Part shown: piece by piece, positions 62,184 to 64,000 of the stretch
Layout: every line of letters begins with the position of its first letter
Position numbering within the stretch: position 1 is the stretch's first letter
Assembly (NCBI GenBank): GCA_040285745.1
Contig: JAUFOR010000002.1
Span: 1,364,001 to 1,428,000 of the forward strand
Origin: Barthelona sp. PCE
Taxonomy: Eukaryota
Direction: 5' to 3'
DNA: 64,000 nt
Notes under the pieces: generated by a model
Told to the model about the DNA's origin: nothing
The model's input: the letters and a program-made list of their open reading frames with translations, nothing else
Databases searched by the model: none
Translations under genes and position numbers: made by a program

Positions 62184-63083
62184 TTATCGATAATACTGAT
62201 CAATATCCTCATCCTCTTCTTTAAAACGAGGAGTCTGATCGAGTTGGAACCTCTGGTACTGCTTTTGCAACTGGTCGAACGCCTCCCGCCTAGCGTTTGT
62301 GTCCTTCTTTCGACGAATGGTGTCATTTCCAGGACGCTTATTTCTGCGCTCTGCCAATCTATTCGGTCTGCGTCTACGCGGCTTCAAGTTCTGTTTGAGA
62401 TTGCTCACAGCGTTCTGTACAATAGTAGCGTTCGGATCATCAATTTCTTCGACTTGAGCAACCTGCATGTTATCAATGTTTGTTTGGGCAATCATACGCG
62501 CCTCAGCCTTCGTTGTGTCATCCACCAATGACGAAAAATTGACAATACCGCCCATGTTAAGCTGCATCGCGTTCGGTACTCTGTTATCAACAGGTCTTCC
62601 GTTTGCTATTCGTTCATCTCTTGTTTCAAATATCGTTCTGTGATTTGCGTACGGTTCTCCACATGTACATGTGTAAGAGCTGTGGAAGCCATCACAATTA
62701 CATAAGCGACATTTGTGAGGCGGCTTCACATCATGATCTGTGGCACTGTGCTTACACATGCATCTCACGCGCCATGTTCCTGCGCTAGGAAGATATTTGA
62801 AGCGCCTACACCTGCAATCACGGCAGTTTGCGCGCTTTCTGCCGGTATCCTCGTCCAGATCTTTGTTATGATCGCGGAAACGATGAGAACAGAAACAAAG
62901 TGAACTAGGACCTATTTCCTTGCATGTTGCGCCCTGTGAATTCACATATGCGACATATACCCTCAGATGTGCGTTTTCAATTTGTTTGCGCTGAAATTCT
63001 ATAAATTGCTCCTCAGTCATGAGATTATCCCCCAAATCCCCGGTAATATTGACATAGTCGATGTACGCCTGTATGTGATTCAT
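62184..63083 (-). CDS. FAM221A: FAM221 family (DUF4475) Cys/His-rich protein
   Basis: CKEIGPSSLCFCSHRFRDH, CMCKHSATDH, CDGFHSSYTCTCG...HRTIFETRDERIANGRPV. Confidence 0.85.
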   Translation of the reverse strand: MNHIQAYIDYVNITGDLGDNLMTEEQFIEFQRKQIENAHLRVYVAYVNSQGATCKEIGPSSLCFCSHRFRDHNKDLDEDTGRKRANCRDCRCRRFKYLPSAGTWRVRCMCKHSATDHDVKPPHKCRLCNCDGFHSSYTCTCGEPYANHRTIFETRDERIANGRPVDNRVPNAMQLNMGGIVNFSSLVDDTTKAEARMIAQTNIDNMQVAQVEEIDDPNATIVQNAVSNLKQNLKPRRRRPNRLAERRNKRPGNDTIRRKKDTNARREAFDQLQKQYQRFQLDQTPRFKEEDEDIDQYYR

Positions 63084-63244
63084 TGTAAATGCAAAGTGTT
63101 ACGTCAAAAAAAGGGGAAGTAAACAAAAACAAATAAAGTGATTATCCAACATACTATTCTTGTGTGGTTTAAAGTATGTAACATCCACTAAATGCACATT
63201 TCGGTAATTAAAATAACAAGCTTTATTATACAAAACTACAAATT

Positions 63245-64000
63245 CTACTCTTCCTTACTCTTGAGATATTCCTTTGTTAGGTCATCAGCATCAACCAGAT
63301 CGAAAACAAATGAGTTAATCAACACCTGTTCTCCAATCTTAAAGGTGCCTTCAAAACCACCGGTGAAGCGTTCCAAAAACTTTCCTCCTACAAAACCACT
63401 GTTCCTCGATGGTACTTCAAAAATAGAGATAGTCTCGTTTTCGAACTTCTTGATCACAAATTTCCTTCCAGCTCGATCTCCCTGCATTGTTGCCAAGAAG
63501 TTCATGTCAGGGTCAGCATCGACGACAATCACTTCCTCTGTCTCTTCCTTCTCTTCCTCGCACGTGGTGTTCTGCTCAATGCCCATCTCAGCAAAATAAC
63601 GATAAGTGAATGCATCACAGTGAGTAATATACATTTCTCTTCCGAAGATGTTCACAACACTTTCTGTGCGGAGGTCATCCATCGTGAGAAGCTTGTTGCG
63701 CTTCAAGAACGCAACAGAGGGCCTACCGTTAACGATCTCATACAGTTCAGTCGTGTCATCAGCCAAAAAGAAGTGCAGGGTAAAGTGACGTAGCTCACCA
63801 AAGGGTTGGCCTCTTGTGTCCCAATACAACCAGAAACGCAATACCTTGCCGTCATACTGCAAGAATTGACCACGACGATCGACCTTGACCTTCTTTGGCT
63901 TAGTAGGAAGCTCAGGACATTCAGTTTGAGGATCAGGCTCATTTGCCTTCTGTTCAAAGCCGGAGCACTTGTAGAACTCACGTGTGAAGTCGTCACAAGA
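63245..64000 (-). CDS. DM10-domain EFHC1/EFHC2/Rib72-like microtubule inner protein; 5' end lies beyond the window end
   Basis: Frame is open to the window edge (SCDDFTREFY...). FLQYDGKVLRF, HFFLADDTTELYE, IFGREMYITHCDAFT, ETISIFE...RNSGFVGGKFLER. Confidence 0.9.
   Translation of the reverse strand, partial: SCDDFTREFYKCSGFEQKANEPDPQTECPELPTKPKKVKVDRRGQFLQYDGKVLRFWLYWDTRGQPFGELRHFTLHFFLADDTTELYEIVNGRPSVAFLKRNKLLTMDDLRTESVVNIFGREMYITHCDAFTYRYFAEMGIEQNTTCEEEKEETEEVIVVDADPDMNFLATMQGDRAGRKFVIKKFENETISIFEVPSRNSGFVGGKFLERFTGGFEGTFKIGEQVLINSFVFDLVDADDLTKEYLKSKEE

Noticed and set aside
1-64000. Stop-codon reassignment (e.g. TAR=Gln as in hexamitids, or TGA=Trp)
   Set aside because: Very long conserved ORFs (dynein, IFT140) have no in-frame stops, and conserved proteins end at TAA or TAG at the expected positions; TGA also appears as a terminator.
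21829-64000. Functional cluster of flagellar genes (dynein, IFT140, FAM221, EFHC-like)
   Set aside because: They are interspersed with unrelated genes; this density is plausible by chance in a compact flagellate genome.

Overview
Gene-dense, intron-poor chromosome segment from a flagellated single-celled eukaryote, probably a metamonad-like protist (inferred from intron structure and compactness). It holds about 31 protein-coding genes in the standard genetic code. Flagellar and microtubule genes: DNAH1-type dynein heavy chain, IFT140, EFHC/Rib72-like, FAM221, EFCAB11-like, spastin. Housekeeping genes: eRF1, Dcc1, GPN GTPase, RPL22, importin alpha, Mrd1/RBM19, thymidylate kinase, CMTR2-like, PAQR, GH38 mannosidase, mid-SUN protein. 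There are also two beta-helix proteins and three members of a divergent ~600-680 aa family. Two spliceosomal introns are clear, both with a fused branch point/3' splice site. The most notable unexplained feature is a ~225-bp highly structured element present twice in inverted orientation (14089-14313 and 43036-43262). Other points of interest: strand-biased RNA hairpins behind RPL22, an eRF1 with TASNIKS changed to GATAIKS, an atypical uracil-DNA glycosylase, and a degenerate RNase H1-like protein. All family calls come from motif recognition by eye; no database searches were run.
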